Source: Obrimoposthia wandeli (Eukaryota). From it: a stretch of DNA of 64,000 nt. The stretch's first letter is position 1, and each line of letters opens with the position of its first letter. Positions 26,866-64,000 of this stretch are shown in pieces. The stretch is from NCBI GenBank assembly GCA_977020255.1, contig CDROCS010001585.1, forward strand, positions 496,001-560,000, written 5' to 3'. The translations under genes and the position numbers were made by a program. Below the pieces are notes generated by a model, which did not search any database, was not told the DNA's origin, and was given only the letters and a program-made list of their open reading frames with translations.

Positions 26866-29800
26866 TCAACCACGGTTCTTCTTGTTGCGCTCGCGCTCCA
26901 TATCTCGTTCGTATAGGTCTCCTAGCCAGCCCTCCATGCGCTCTGGAATGGGTGGCAACGTGATCTCCCTGTAGAGTACCTCCCGAGCCTTGTTCCACGG
27001 CTTGAGGTGACTAAGATTCACCACACTCTCGTGCCGTTTCAGCAGCACATTGGAGTCGATCACCTTGTTGGGGTCGTTTATGTACCACGGTGTGTTGTTC
27101 TTCACCTGCACAATAACACACACAAGCTTGCACAACCTTATCCAATTCAAATATCAAACCAATTCAGTATATATCAGTTACTCGTATACTATTTTGATAA
27201 TTTGCCAATTAAACTAAAATAATTGAATCATGTGAAGTTCATAATGTCTTTATATCAATATTAAAAATGTAACGTATGTGTATAATTTACACAACAAACT
27301 GCCTACCCCATTGTAACGAATACAAATCTATGTATTATCGAGAGTAAAATGTAATAGAACTTCATATGTGACTTAATTTTTTTCTCGTAAATGCTTTATT
27401 AAGCGGTTCAAGTTGTTTTAGCTATTCTAGGGACACTCTTTATCTTAGAAAGTTGAGTGAATCGCAAGCATTTCAATAATCTTATACGACTAACACATAA
27501 TTTTGTGTTATATTAAGTGAAAATTCAATAATATAAAAAATTATTATGAACAATTAATATTGAGTGACGTCTGATAAATTCTCATGTGTAGTATTTCAAA
27601 AAATGCTATTCAATGCATCTAAATGTTTTCGTAGAAGGTCGTCTAATTATCGAAGTCATAAAAATGGAAGTTCGTATTATATAATATAATTGATTGAATA
27701 ATATGTAATATATGTTATAAACTGTAGTTAACTTATATATTTATCATGCACGAGGAAATCATTAAATAGGGACTTTAATATTGGAAAGGCAAAAAAATTA
27801 AATAATTGGAAAAATCTTACGAATTAGATATAGGCTATACAACAGCTTGTTATTTTATTACGTCAAACATTCGATTGAAAAGAGAATGTAGCTCAGGGCG
27901 ACCTTTAGAAAAAAAACTGTCAGATGATCGTCATATAATACGAAGTGATGTTTATAATCGTCAAATCACATCTGAATAAATGGTGAAAAGTTTGGATTTT
28001 TAAATTTTAAGTAGAAGCGTTAGTCGTCAGTTAAAATCATTTGGTTTTAAACATATGAAACAAAAACCGAAATTTTTTCTATAACCTCAAAGGAAACATA
28101 GACAAAATGGTCCATGGGACATCGTTTGTGGAAATGATCCCAATGATCCAGAATTGGGAGAGAAATTGAGGAACATATTTTGCTTGCAGACATCACATAA
28201 ACCTTCTGAGTGTAAATCGTTTTGCCTTATTTTGTTCCAAAATCACTTCAGTTGACCGTAGTTAATAGAATGAGTCCATTTATTCTATCAAAATAAAAGT
28301 GTGCTTTATATATCTTTCATTAAAACCGTGGAGATACAACGATACATTCCAAAGAACTTGATTAGCTATGTAATATTGTTACGAATTCCCTGTTTCTCGT
28401 TGTTAAAACAATATTCAACCTAGTAAAAATTATAAAGGGCTAATTTCTTTGAAGAAAATTAGTAGTTGTGTTGAAATTTTTTACTTTCTAAATTACATGA
28501 TAAATTTTGAATAACTTCATTTACATAATTAATGTTAGCATATCAAAAACCAAATGATTAATTGATAAAATGAAATTACTATGAATTAATTGATGAGAAA
28601 AATAACATCTATACTAACTTAAGTATAATCTTGATATAAATATCATTACAGATCAGTTTATTATAAAGTCAACTCTACATTAATGGACAATTTAAAATCA
28701 AAAGAAAGCATACTGTGAATTTAGTTTGTCTAAAACTGAGACACATGCTCATTTAGTTCCTATGAGTTTATAATTGAGTGTATATTTCGATCACAATTTA
28801 ATTATCTGGTCTTTGAAACATATTAAAGAAACGTCAGCAAATTATGGGCATAAAATTTAAATATAAACACTGACAAAAATCTCGTAAATCTCGTATTCAT
28901 GACTCGATTTCCAATTAACTGTTTTATTTATTGTAGCACACATAAAAGACTTACTCAATTCTGACAAAATTTCAATAACTAATTTACTTAATAGTAATAA
29001 TTCTAGTACATAACTTACCATTTCTTAATTTGTTTAATGAAAAAATTTGTCAATAACTTTTTCGGTTTCACGAAATGTACGTTTAACTTATTTTAATTTA
29101 ACTTCAATATAAATGCAAAGATCAGTTACTCAATTCTATTCATCAGATGCGATTTCAAAAATAGCGTCAACTTCAGTTGTAATTGAAAATTTAACACAAA
29201 AGTGCAATTTTAAGTTCTTTCGTATGTTGTTAATGTTTCTATGGCTGATAAATAGAGCCGTGTTAAGGCAAATGGAGGCCTAAAGGACTAAATTAACCTC
29301 AACACAGTGTGTAACATCGTCTACCGCTATCACGAGTCAAGGATTTTCACAAATGGACGTGTGAATGGCTGTAAGACAAAGACTTCGGAGGCCGCTGGAA
29401 ATTCGTTATTGAGGTTTACAATTAGGACTTCAACGTCATTTTGTCTAGCCGGGATTCAATATACCTAGCACAACTATAGGATTTAAACAAAACTGCATTT
29501 AAGTAGTTATGGGCGTTCTTCATCTATTGTCCAAATTCTATCACAATTTATTAAGAACTTTCAGGGATTTAAGAACCTGAAAGTCGAAACGACGAGGAAT
29601 TTTGATATTTTTCAACAAAAACTAAAACATTACACGAAATACAATACCAAGAATATAAACAGAAGATCATCTAAGTATAATAACGTTAAGTAGCATTTTT
29701 ATAAGAAATATTATAAGAAATCATGTTTTTTTACGCAACTAATTTACTTTTAATATTTCATTAACAAATGTTTATCTGTTCTTCTTTAAAATACTTTTAA

Positions 29801-31146
29801 TTTGTTAATTTTTCAATAGTATTTATTCGTTCTATTATTCAATATCCGAGATTTATTTATTTGTTTATAAAATATTATTGAATACTTCAGGGACAGGCAA
29901 CCTACGTTCCACGAGCCAATTCTGGTCCATGCTCATACTTTATCCGGCCCAGTCGTTAAAAAAATATATTACATTGAAATAGCCTTACATTGTAATTAGG
30001 TTATAAATTCGGTCTTATTCAAATTAATCAAACAATTTTTCCTAGAAAAAATGACTATTTACTTGGTACCGGAACTTAGCGCTGAAAATTAGTTAACTGA
30101 TCTTGATTTTTTGTTGATATCACATCCCATTTAAATGAACTGAATCTGAAACTACAAAAATATTAATATGTCAGCCAATTGTATGAACACAAGGGAATTT
30201 CATAAAAATGTAATGGCAAAACCATTTACAAAATGCCATTTTCTATCATTTTGCACTGGAAAAATATAATGAAAACATTATTTGATGTTTTTACACCAAA
30301 ATTTTGAATAATTTATATTGCAATTTTGAAAGCAGATTTAACGATTTGAAAGTCAAACAGATTTCGATTGAAATAATTTCCATGCCTTTTTTTTTGAAGA
30401 ATTATATTCCAGAAAATTTTCAAATGGAGCTTAGTAAATAATGGCAAGACCTCAAGGCAAAGTTTTATGATATGTCGTTATATGAATTTATAAATCTCCT
30501 TTAAATAATGAAGAATTTTTCAATTTGGTTACTCATGAGACAAATTTATCGTTATTTGGCCGAACTTATAAATGTGAATAAATATTTCCGAATGAAATTA
30601 ACAAAATTTAAATACTTAACTGAAATTATAAAAAATCAAAATCATCAAATGTTTTCTGTTTACACAGAATAAGTTTAATGAAGTGTGTTTACATTTGACA
30701 GAAGGAAAACAAAGACACTCACTTCATAAGCATTATGCCAGTGTGCCTTGACTATCGCATTTTCATTCTCCATATCTGTCTTGAGTACGCGCCTGAAGAA
30801 AGTAGAATCATCCTCTTTTATTGGCATTCCCGACCGAAAATCAACTTCGGTGACGTTTTTCTTCATCTGTGGCATTGGATCCTTAGCTAGCCAGTCTGGA
30901 TGAGTACCATAGAAGTTCATGGGACCCTGTGGAGATAAAGTTATTCAAAGCTGATCATAAAATAACAGTATTGCCTCTAATAAAGAAATCTAACTTTTTT
31001 GTCCTGTTCGGATTCAGCATGAGCAGGAAATATTCTGTGAATAAAATGAAATGGCAAAATAAAACCTCAAGTTACATCTTGCAGTTTGTAAGATATGGTT
31101 GAGTCGTTGGATCATAAATTATTTTGGGCAAATTCCTAGACACCAT
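26866..31146 (-). CDS. Uncharacterised 184-aa protein, 4 exons
   Basis: Exons (minus) 31146-31076, 31034-30995, 30926-30723, 27105-26866(TGA), all GT-AG with compatible phases, 555 nt. Translation: MVSRNLPKIIYDPTTQPYLTNCKIIFPAHAESEQDKKGPMNFYGTHPDWLAKDPMPQMKKNVTEVDFRSGMPIKEDDSTFFRRVLKTDMENENAIVKAHWHNAYEVKNNTPWYINDPNKVIDSNVLLKRHESVVNLSHLKPWNKAREVLYREITLPPIPERMEGWLGDLYERDMERERNKKNRG. Exons 3-4 are GC-rich islands with strong splice sites. Exons 1-2 (41- and 68-nt introns) are less certain. Confidence 0.75.
29888..30640 (+). mobile_element. hAT (Charlie/GTF2IRD2-like) fossil in intron 3 of the unknown gene
   Basis: The 5' end CAGGGACAGGCAACCTACG...ATCCGGCCC is Charlie-like. The C-terminal fragment reads FESRFNDLK...QMEL...DLKAKF...LSLFGRTYKCE.IF..MKLTK. 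Confidence 0.65.
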
Positions 31147-31539
31147 TCTGAATTTTATTAATTGAATATTGACTTTCAATTATAAATTTTGACAAGTTAT
31201 ATTTAGATATTTATATTATTTAAATTATACAAAGAAAACTATAAAATGCAAATAAATGTATGCAATATTAATTAATTCCTAAAGCATTGTCAAAATAAAT
31301 GAACTGTTTTAACTCTATATATTAAATACAACTATTTTTTGAATTTCACTACTGTTTACTTTTATCCATGTTCAATTTAATAGAATATTAAATACTATTG
31401 AAACTATCTGTCTGAAGTCAAATTGATCTACATCTTCATATATTATAATATTATATAAAATTTATAAACTATTCCTTTTTGGTGCCATGTAATACAAAAT
31501 AGTTAAAATCTATTGAAATTGTTATTTTCAGAGGAAATT

Positions 31540-32568
31540 AGTTGCCATGACTTTGTAAGTTCACCTTGAAAGTCTCGCAACTAAAGAAAATTCAAGCCTA
31601 ACTTAGTGAAGTAATGAGTAATTATATTGCATTTGTAAATTTTGTGGAAGAGCACTCTTTAAATTCTAAACTTTTCAATTAAACTATGTGAAAGACATTT
31701 TGCAAACCATCACCAAATATTGTACTATTCCCATGTGCATTGGCTTTCTCGTGAATCAATGTTGCATCATGTGTATGATCTCCACAAAAGGATGTGTGTG
31801 TGCCCCCACAGAAGAATCAAACATTGTCGTCACGATTTGAAGATAAAAATTGAATGCATTGCTACTTAGAAGATTTAATACATATCTCAATAGACTAAAT
31901 GTATATGTGCATAGACAAAACGCTACACTAGTTGAGAGGAGCGAAAAGTTTGCAGTTTTAAAAGAAAACTTGAACTTTGCTCAGAAACATACAGACACCG
32001 AAAACGGCGTTTCTCTGGCTTTATCGTAATAAATGACCACTTTTCTGTAAACATTTGAAAAACCTCACTAAATAACTAAATCGTTATATTCTGGAGATCA
32101 ATGTTGAATTCAGTTGGGTGTGCATTCCTTTTTTATCTTATGGCATGATTCACGAAGGTGCACCCCATGATTATCTAGAAGACAACTTGATTTACAAGTC
32201 GATGGTTCATTTCGAGACACATTCAAAACATTAACTATTACTGCATTTTTGACATCCATAGCATCTAAAAGCAATAGTTGTTAGTGAAGCAAAAGGATCA
32301 TATTGGCTTTTTCAATAACCTATTTATGTGAAGCAGGATTCTTTGCTTTAACTTTCCTCAAACATAATAGAAGCCACTTGAGAAAAGTAATAGTCAATTT
32401 GAAATCAGCCAATGATAAACTGTTTTATTAATCTAAAATTGACTATTATTAAAATTTTAAATTATTAAATTCCTTAGTCCCAAAAATTTCAAATTTGTAA
32501 AATCTGATGTTTTTTATAAAGTTTTAATAAAAATCTCGACAACATACAAAAAAGGTTGGGAATCAGTG
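31540..32568 (+). mobile_element. hAT (Buster/Charlie, ZBED5/SCAND3-like) fossil between the divergent genes
   Basis: Colinear with the transposase: HQILYYSHVHWLSRESMLHHVYDL, YLED..LNRLNV, KHLKNL...RYI...WVCIPF, YLCEAGF. Ends in AAAGGTTGGGAATCAGTG, a Charlie-type 3' TIR. Confidence 0.75.
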
Positions 32569-33046
32569 TTCCACAAAATTTTATCAAACTCAATCTCAAC
32601 TTTCACAGATCAAATAAAGTACTTGTATAAAGAAGATAATGTACGATGAAAAATTTACTATTTTATGTCTTTGGAGAGTATTGGTTTAAATTTACATTAT
32701 ATACTTGTTTCCCGAATAGGAATTAACTAAATATTTTCATTGAAATCTCTCTTTGTCAACTATTTGTATCTATTATTTAAGTGCCCAAACTGCTCATCAT
32801 TAAATCAAAATAAAATAAAAATCATTTTCAATTGAAACACAGATAAATAATCAAAAAATAATTATTTAAGTCGTTTATTATTTTAAATAGCATTTCTTTC
32901 ACCTATCATAAAATCAATCATGTTGACAAAAAAAGAAGAATACTGTTGTTTAAATATTAAATTGCTATGTTATTTTTAATTGTGATATTTCAAACGTTTA
33001 CATTAGTCAAATAGTCTCGTTAATTTTTTTTATTAATTTTAAAAAT

Positions 33047-58511
<25,465 letters not shown>

Positions 58512-58828
58512 ATTGACTAGTAACGAAATGCTATTGTGATTTTAAAAAGCTATCTAAAAGCCATCTTCTGTTTTCTATAAATGATATACAGTCATATACT
58601 ACTCCTGAAAAGATCGCAATCACAATGTAATCCTAATCAATTATATTTAGGCTAGGCAAAACTGTAAACTACCAATTTTGTTGATAAAATTATTTATTCT
58701 TAGTTATGTTTTCTATCATAGACATAATTTAAGAGTCAGATTCCGCAAACACAATATATATTTATACATGCATACAGGTGACCTTATGAACAAGTATTGC
58801 AGGTAAGATATTTCTGGTTTCTGATTAC

Positions 58829-60700
58829 ATAACTCTCCCTTTCACTTTTCAAACTTTCACTTCCTCGGCCATTCGATTCTCCCGAGAGGATTCTTCTTGG
58901 AAACAGATTTGATACCTGTCGTGGAATCAAAAATTATATTATTCTATATGGGCCTTCATACTGGTACTTTTGAATCCTTCTAAACAAGCATCTTTTTATT
59001 TATTTCAAATATTCTATCTCCTCTTATTTCTTTATCTAACGTATCTAACTCTAACGTATAAGCTGTGAATTGTTGATTCTACCGTATGTCTAGAATGATA
59101 TCTTCTTTATTTTTTGTTGTTGCATTTTCAATGTTTCTTCTTCCATAAATGATTTCAAACAGTGAATGTTTTGAAGAACTATTTACTGTTGCATTTATAA
59201 AAAATTCAATTTGTGACAATAAATCGTGCCAGCCTTTTTCTTTTTTAGTAGACGCTATTGTCGCAACAATCATATCTCTTACCGTGCATTTAACTCATTT
59301 TGCTAGACTGTTAGCTTGCTGTTGAAAAGTTGATGTAAGCTTCTGTTCAATACCAAATTTTTGTAGCCAATTCTGAAATAATTTCCAGTATATATTTGTC
59401 CTCTATATGTTAAAATGCTCTTCCCAAATTTATATATCCAATTTATCTCGAGTGCCTCAGTAATTGTTATTTCATATTCTTTTGTCGTTTTTGATAGTGA
59501 TACCAGTTTACTAAATCGATCGATTACTATCAACATATATTTCTTTTTAGATCTTCCTTTCTTCATGTGAGCTATTTCGACAACTATTTGATCTAAACAA
59601 ATTATCTTTGGCCATAGGAATATATATTTCTTTTGACCTGCTTGTTTTAATTTTTTTTTTGGCACAATAAATGCATTTTGATATGCATTCTTTTATTTCT
59701 TGAAACATTCCTTTCAAATATAAGTTATCTTTCATATGGTTATAAACCTTTTGCATTCCTAGGTGACAAAGATATTTGTGAATTTCATTATTAATTTCAT
59801 TAGTGTTATTCGGAGGTATAACAATTAAATCTGTAAATTTTGTTCAAAATAAATGACATCATCGCAAAATTTAGGTGTTTCTATTATCTGAAAAATCCAA
59901 TTTTTTTTGCATTCTGATAAATCCATATGTTCTAGTTGGAGAAAAACTTTCATTTATTTTACGTGAATATTTTCTTCTTGTATTCTTTCTATTTTACTCA
60001 AGAAATTGTCTTAATTTAGTGAGTGAATATATCCTATTTTAGATATATTCTCTTGGGTATCTATATGTTTTGTTTCACATTGAGATTTCTTACGTCTTTA
60101 AAAATACAAATGCTTTATGATCTGTTTTTGACGAAAATTCTGTTCCATATAAATATTGTTTGAAATTTATAATAATTTGGTATTCTGCTAAACGTTTTTT
60201 TCTGGTAACACAATATCCTTTTTCATGAGAAGTCAAATGTCTTGAAGTGTATGCAATCACTATTTTGCCTGGGAAAGTCTAATATGGGAGTTGTTAATTT
60301 TTCTTTGAGGAGTGCAAAACGTGTTTTACAATCTGGTTACTTTTGTAGACTTCTTTTTCCCGGAACCCGCTACATATAGTGGAGCTGCAATTTTAGCATA
60401 ATCTTTAATAATCGTCAGTATTTTTATCAAAACTTAAAGTTATCAAACCTTTCTATATCCAAAAGAACCCATAGATCAGTAAATTCATGGAATTCATAGC
60501 TTGTATTTTTTTATAAATGAAATCAAGTTTATGGTAATTGAAATTTAACTATTGCAAATAATGCCCTCATCTTATAGTGAATTATCCATTTTCAAATATG
60601 TTTGTACGAATATTTCTCTCTGTTTATCACAGTATAATTCTGTATTCAGAACCCTCAAATGAATTTTTATAATTTCTGGATATTTTCTCATAATTTGATG
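58829..60700 (-). mobile_element. Ty3/Gypsy LTR retrotransposon 1 (partial RT, RNase H, integrase, PPT), decayed
   Basis: Minus strand IIKDYAKIAAPLY, LKEKLTTPIL.FP, FKQYLYGTEFSSKTDHKAF, the integrase zinc finger (YLKGMFQEIKECISKCIYC) and YMLIVIDRFSK. Purine tract AAAGGGAGAG (58842-58833) is followed by TGTAA at 58829, a putative 3' LTR start. Confidence 0.85.
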
Positions 60701-61079
60701 TACTTGTATAAGAGTTATTTAATTTGTTGATAAGATTGTGGTGATTATTTCCTAAACTTTTGCACCAAATTTCTGATTTGGACATAATAGTTTCTGATTT
60801 GGATGAATATAAAAATCTTAAGAAGTAATCGATAGACTGATGATTTGTTAATTCTAGTTTCCGTTGCCGTAAATCTAATTGGAAACTGGAATAAATAAAT
60901 CATAAGTCTGAGCTCTAAATATGGACAAGTAAAATTTAACTAACTAAATAAAATTAGCTAAATTTCTAGTTATGGCCAAGGACATTTTGTATTTATTTAT
61001 TTATCCCATAATAAAAATCAAATATGTCAATAAGAATCCACTTTTATTCAACTTTTCAAATTGTACTACTACAAAATCG

Positions 61080-62010
61080 AATATTTAAACAAATTATCAC
61101 AGGCCCATCATTTCACGAAGTCTGACAGGTACGCTGGTCTTCTCTTCACTTCTCCTCACCTTAGAGCTGGACCGTCTGTGTCTACTGTTTGTTCCCCAAG
61201 ATTATAATTCTCATTCGTAAATGCAAAGTTCTGATAACATTTATGGACGAAAGCTTCTTGAATTGCCACATAAAATTTATTTTACTGGTTCTCTTTCTAA
61301 GAAAATTTCACTCTGAACGTTTGATATGTTCCCAGCATCTTTATTCGGTATATTTTTCTAAATTGCAAAACGGCTTGAACCACTTCCGAAAATTGTTAAA
61401 TACAATGAATCACGATAATGTGTAACGTCGATTGCAAGCTGGGACCATACATCATCAACACTTAAATTCCCTTACTCTCAAGATATCAGATTGGAGTCGA
61501 TAGATTTATACTTATAGCAACTTTGAAGTACATTTATTATTTATTTATCAAAGATTAGGTGATGCTGGACATTTTAATTTAATTATCATCATTTCATTTA
61601 ACCAGACTCTCGGTACTCAGGTGAGTCTATCTGATATATTTTTTTCCGATCTTACAAAGCGTTACTGAAATATGTATGTTCATTTCTTCTTAGATATTTT
61701 TTAATGATACCTAGCCGTCTCATTAATAGCAATTCTGAACTACCTCGAGTCTGGAATTTATTTTCTCCAGTCAGTGTGGCCAAAATCCACCAAAAGACCG
61801 TGGTGAGTCAGTCAGTATCTCAATATTATTTAAACTCTATGAAACTCCCAATGTGAGGCCCTTGATAACAGCATCCAGCTCAGCAACATTAATGTGTCCA
61901 TATTCTGTATTTTTCCTAAGATGTGACATATCTTCTAATATTTCATTGTCGATTTCAACACAAGCATCTAACGCGATATTAGTTGCATCACACCACACAC
62001 AATCTGTTAA
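61080..62010 (-). mobile_element. Ty3/Gypsy-like element 2, RNase H + integrase part
   Basis: Minus strand CVWCDATNIAL...LEDMSHLRKN..GHINVAELDAVIKGL...EILTDS...LMRRLGII...VRSEKNISDRLT, then VWSQLAIDVTHYRDSLYLTI...SRFAI and a terminal RRPAYLSDFVK*. Confidence 0.85.
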
Positions 62011-62062
62011 ATAACAAATTAGTTTAATTGTTTAAACAGATCAAAAAATTAAATGTATTTAA

Positions 62063-62875
<813 letters not shown>

Positions 62876-62878
<3 letters not shown>

Positions 62879-64000
62879 CAACTTCTTAACTCTCTTTTTA
62901 CTAACCATGTGCCCTTTATGTTCTGTTTTGATCTTGTGTAACACAAAGCTTAAAATATTATTTGTTACATCACCAATCGCATATGTCCATGCCACTACTT
63001 CAGCTGTACTCTTTATGTAGCTACATGCCAATCTTAGCCATCAACCCACTGAATAGTGTTCAACCAATTGACAACATACTGAGAAAAACTTTATACGAGT
63101 TAGTGGTTAATCGATTTTGTTGTTTCTTGACCACATTAGTAAACCATTTGCCTTATTTAGACACAATCTCAGAACTCTTGCTCATCGATTAGTTCTGAAT
63201 CTTTTGAGACTAGTACATATTTTAATAGATATTTCTTGACTGTATCTACACTTATTTTACTTATGTCAACAACAATGTCGTATATATAACTATATGTCGC
63301 TTCATTTATTGTGGAATCCAAAGATAGAACTTTCTTTAATATTTTATTCATAATTCGTAGTGCACAATTTAAACTGAAACCTACCCGAGTAAGCGTATAA
63401 TTCTTCCAACAGTACCTTCACCAAAATCTGTCTAAAGCAATTTTTAGATAGGCTGTATTTAAATCTAAAAGTGTCACATAATCGACTATTTTCCTCCTCT
63501 CCCTGATCGTTTCATGGCACACAGAAATATCCCCTGAATGAATGGACATGTGTCTATTTAACTGTCTAAAATTAAGAACTGGTCTAACATTCGATTTGTT
63601 CACCTGTTCAACTGTTATTAATGGTGTCAACCCGTAGAATGCAACGTTAAATTCTATGAGCCGACCGCTATCTAACAAAATCTGTTATTCGGCACTCCAG
63701 TCCTTTTTGAATTGAAGTTTTATTTCATAATCACTAACTTTGTTTCGAAGAATGAGTGGATTACAAATCGAAATCCATTTAACATTCCATAAACTTCCAT
63801 CGAACTTTGCACTAAATCTGTAACATCTATGCCAAGGCTTGAATTTACTGAGATGGCAGCGGTGACCTGATTTCCAAATGAAGCACTTACATCTCTAATA
63901 GTATCTCCACCTACTTCATTTATTGCATTCATCCCCAAAATAAAATCGAAGCCAACATGTTATGAGTTCACTACTAAGTATTCCACTGCGCACTTTCTTT
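62876..64000 (-). mobile_element. Ty3/Gypsy-like element 2, protease + RT part (continues beyond window)
   Basis: Minus strand GFDFILGMNAINEVGG (protease tail), GLTPLITVEQVNKSNVRPVLNFRQLN, TLLDLNTAYLKI, YTLTRVGFSLNCA, YSYIYDIVV (YIDD), WLRMACSYIK. Colinear with 61080-62010. Confidence 0.88.

Noticed and set aside
26866-27105. Faint resemblance of the unknown protein to UQCRB (C-terminal charged helix) or NDUFB5 (PWY motif)
   Set aside because: Only a few residues match and the rest does not align; no symbol assigned.
31541-31550. GTTGCCATGA, a possible RFX X-box for ciliary genes
   Set aside because: Half-site only (no RGYAAC arm), at the edge of a hAT fossil and 1.5 kb from RSPH10B.
31990-32055. 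Minus-strand ATG...|gtatgt segment that could be a first exon of the unknown gene
   Set aside because: It lies within colinear plus-strand hAT transposase sequence, and a closer phase-compatible ATG exon exists at 31146-31076.

Overview
Very AT-rich eukaryotic (animal-like, invertebrate-looking) genomic DNA with spliceosomal GT-AG introns. No prokaryotic features, CRISPR arrays, rRNA or tRNA genes were seen. I reconstructed three protein-coding genes by hand, with exon phases checked. (1) A NIPAL2/3-like Mg2+-transporter-family gene (+, 10 exons, 3299-14312; first exon uncertain). (2) A 4-exon, 184-aa gene I do not recognise (-, 31146-26866). (3) Divergent from it, a complete 17-exon RSPH10B radial-spoke/MORN gene (+, 33047-58511, 966 aa), implying motile cilia or flagella. 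Introns and spacers hold many transposon fossils (Tc1/IS630, pogo/Tigger, hAT-Buster/Charlie, MULE, LINE, Ty3/Gypsy, a probable Penelope end) and one young, internally deleted hAT with perfect 8-bp TSDs. Most notable: a type I hammerhead ribozyme fold at 25693-25747; an intronless, 3'-truncated VCP/CDC48 copy inserted antisense into a Gypsy pol; an ITPA retrocopy with a 12-bp TSD inside a hAT fossil; and a coupling of tiny introns/low GC3 at gene 5' ends versus long introns/high GC3 downstream. Family assignments come from remembered motifs, not database searches.
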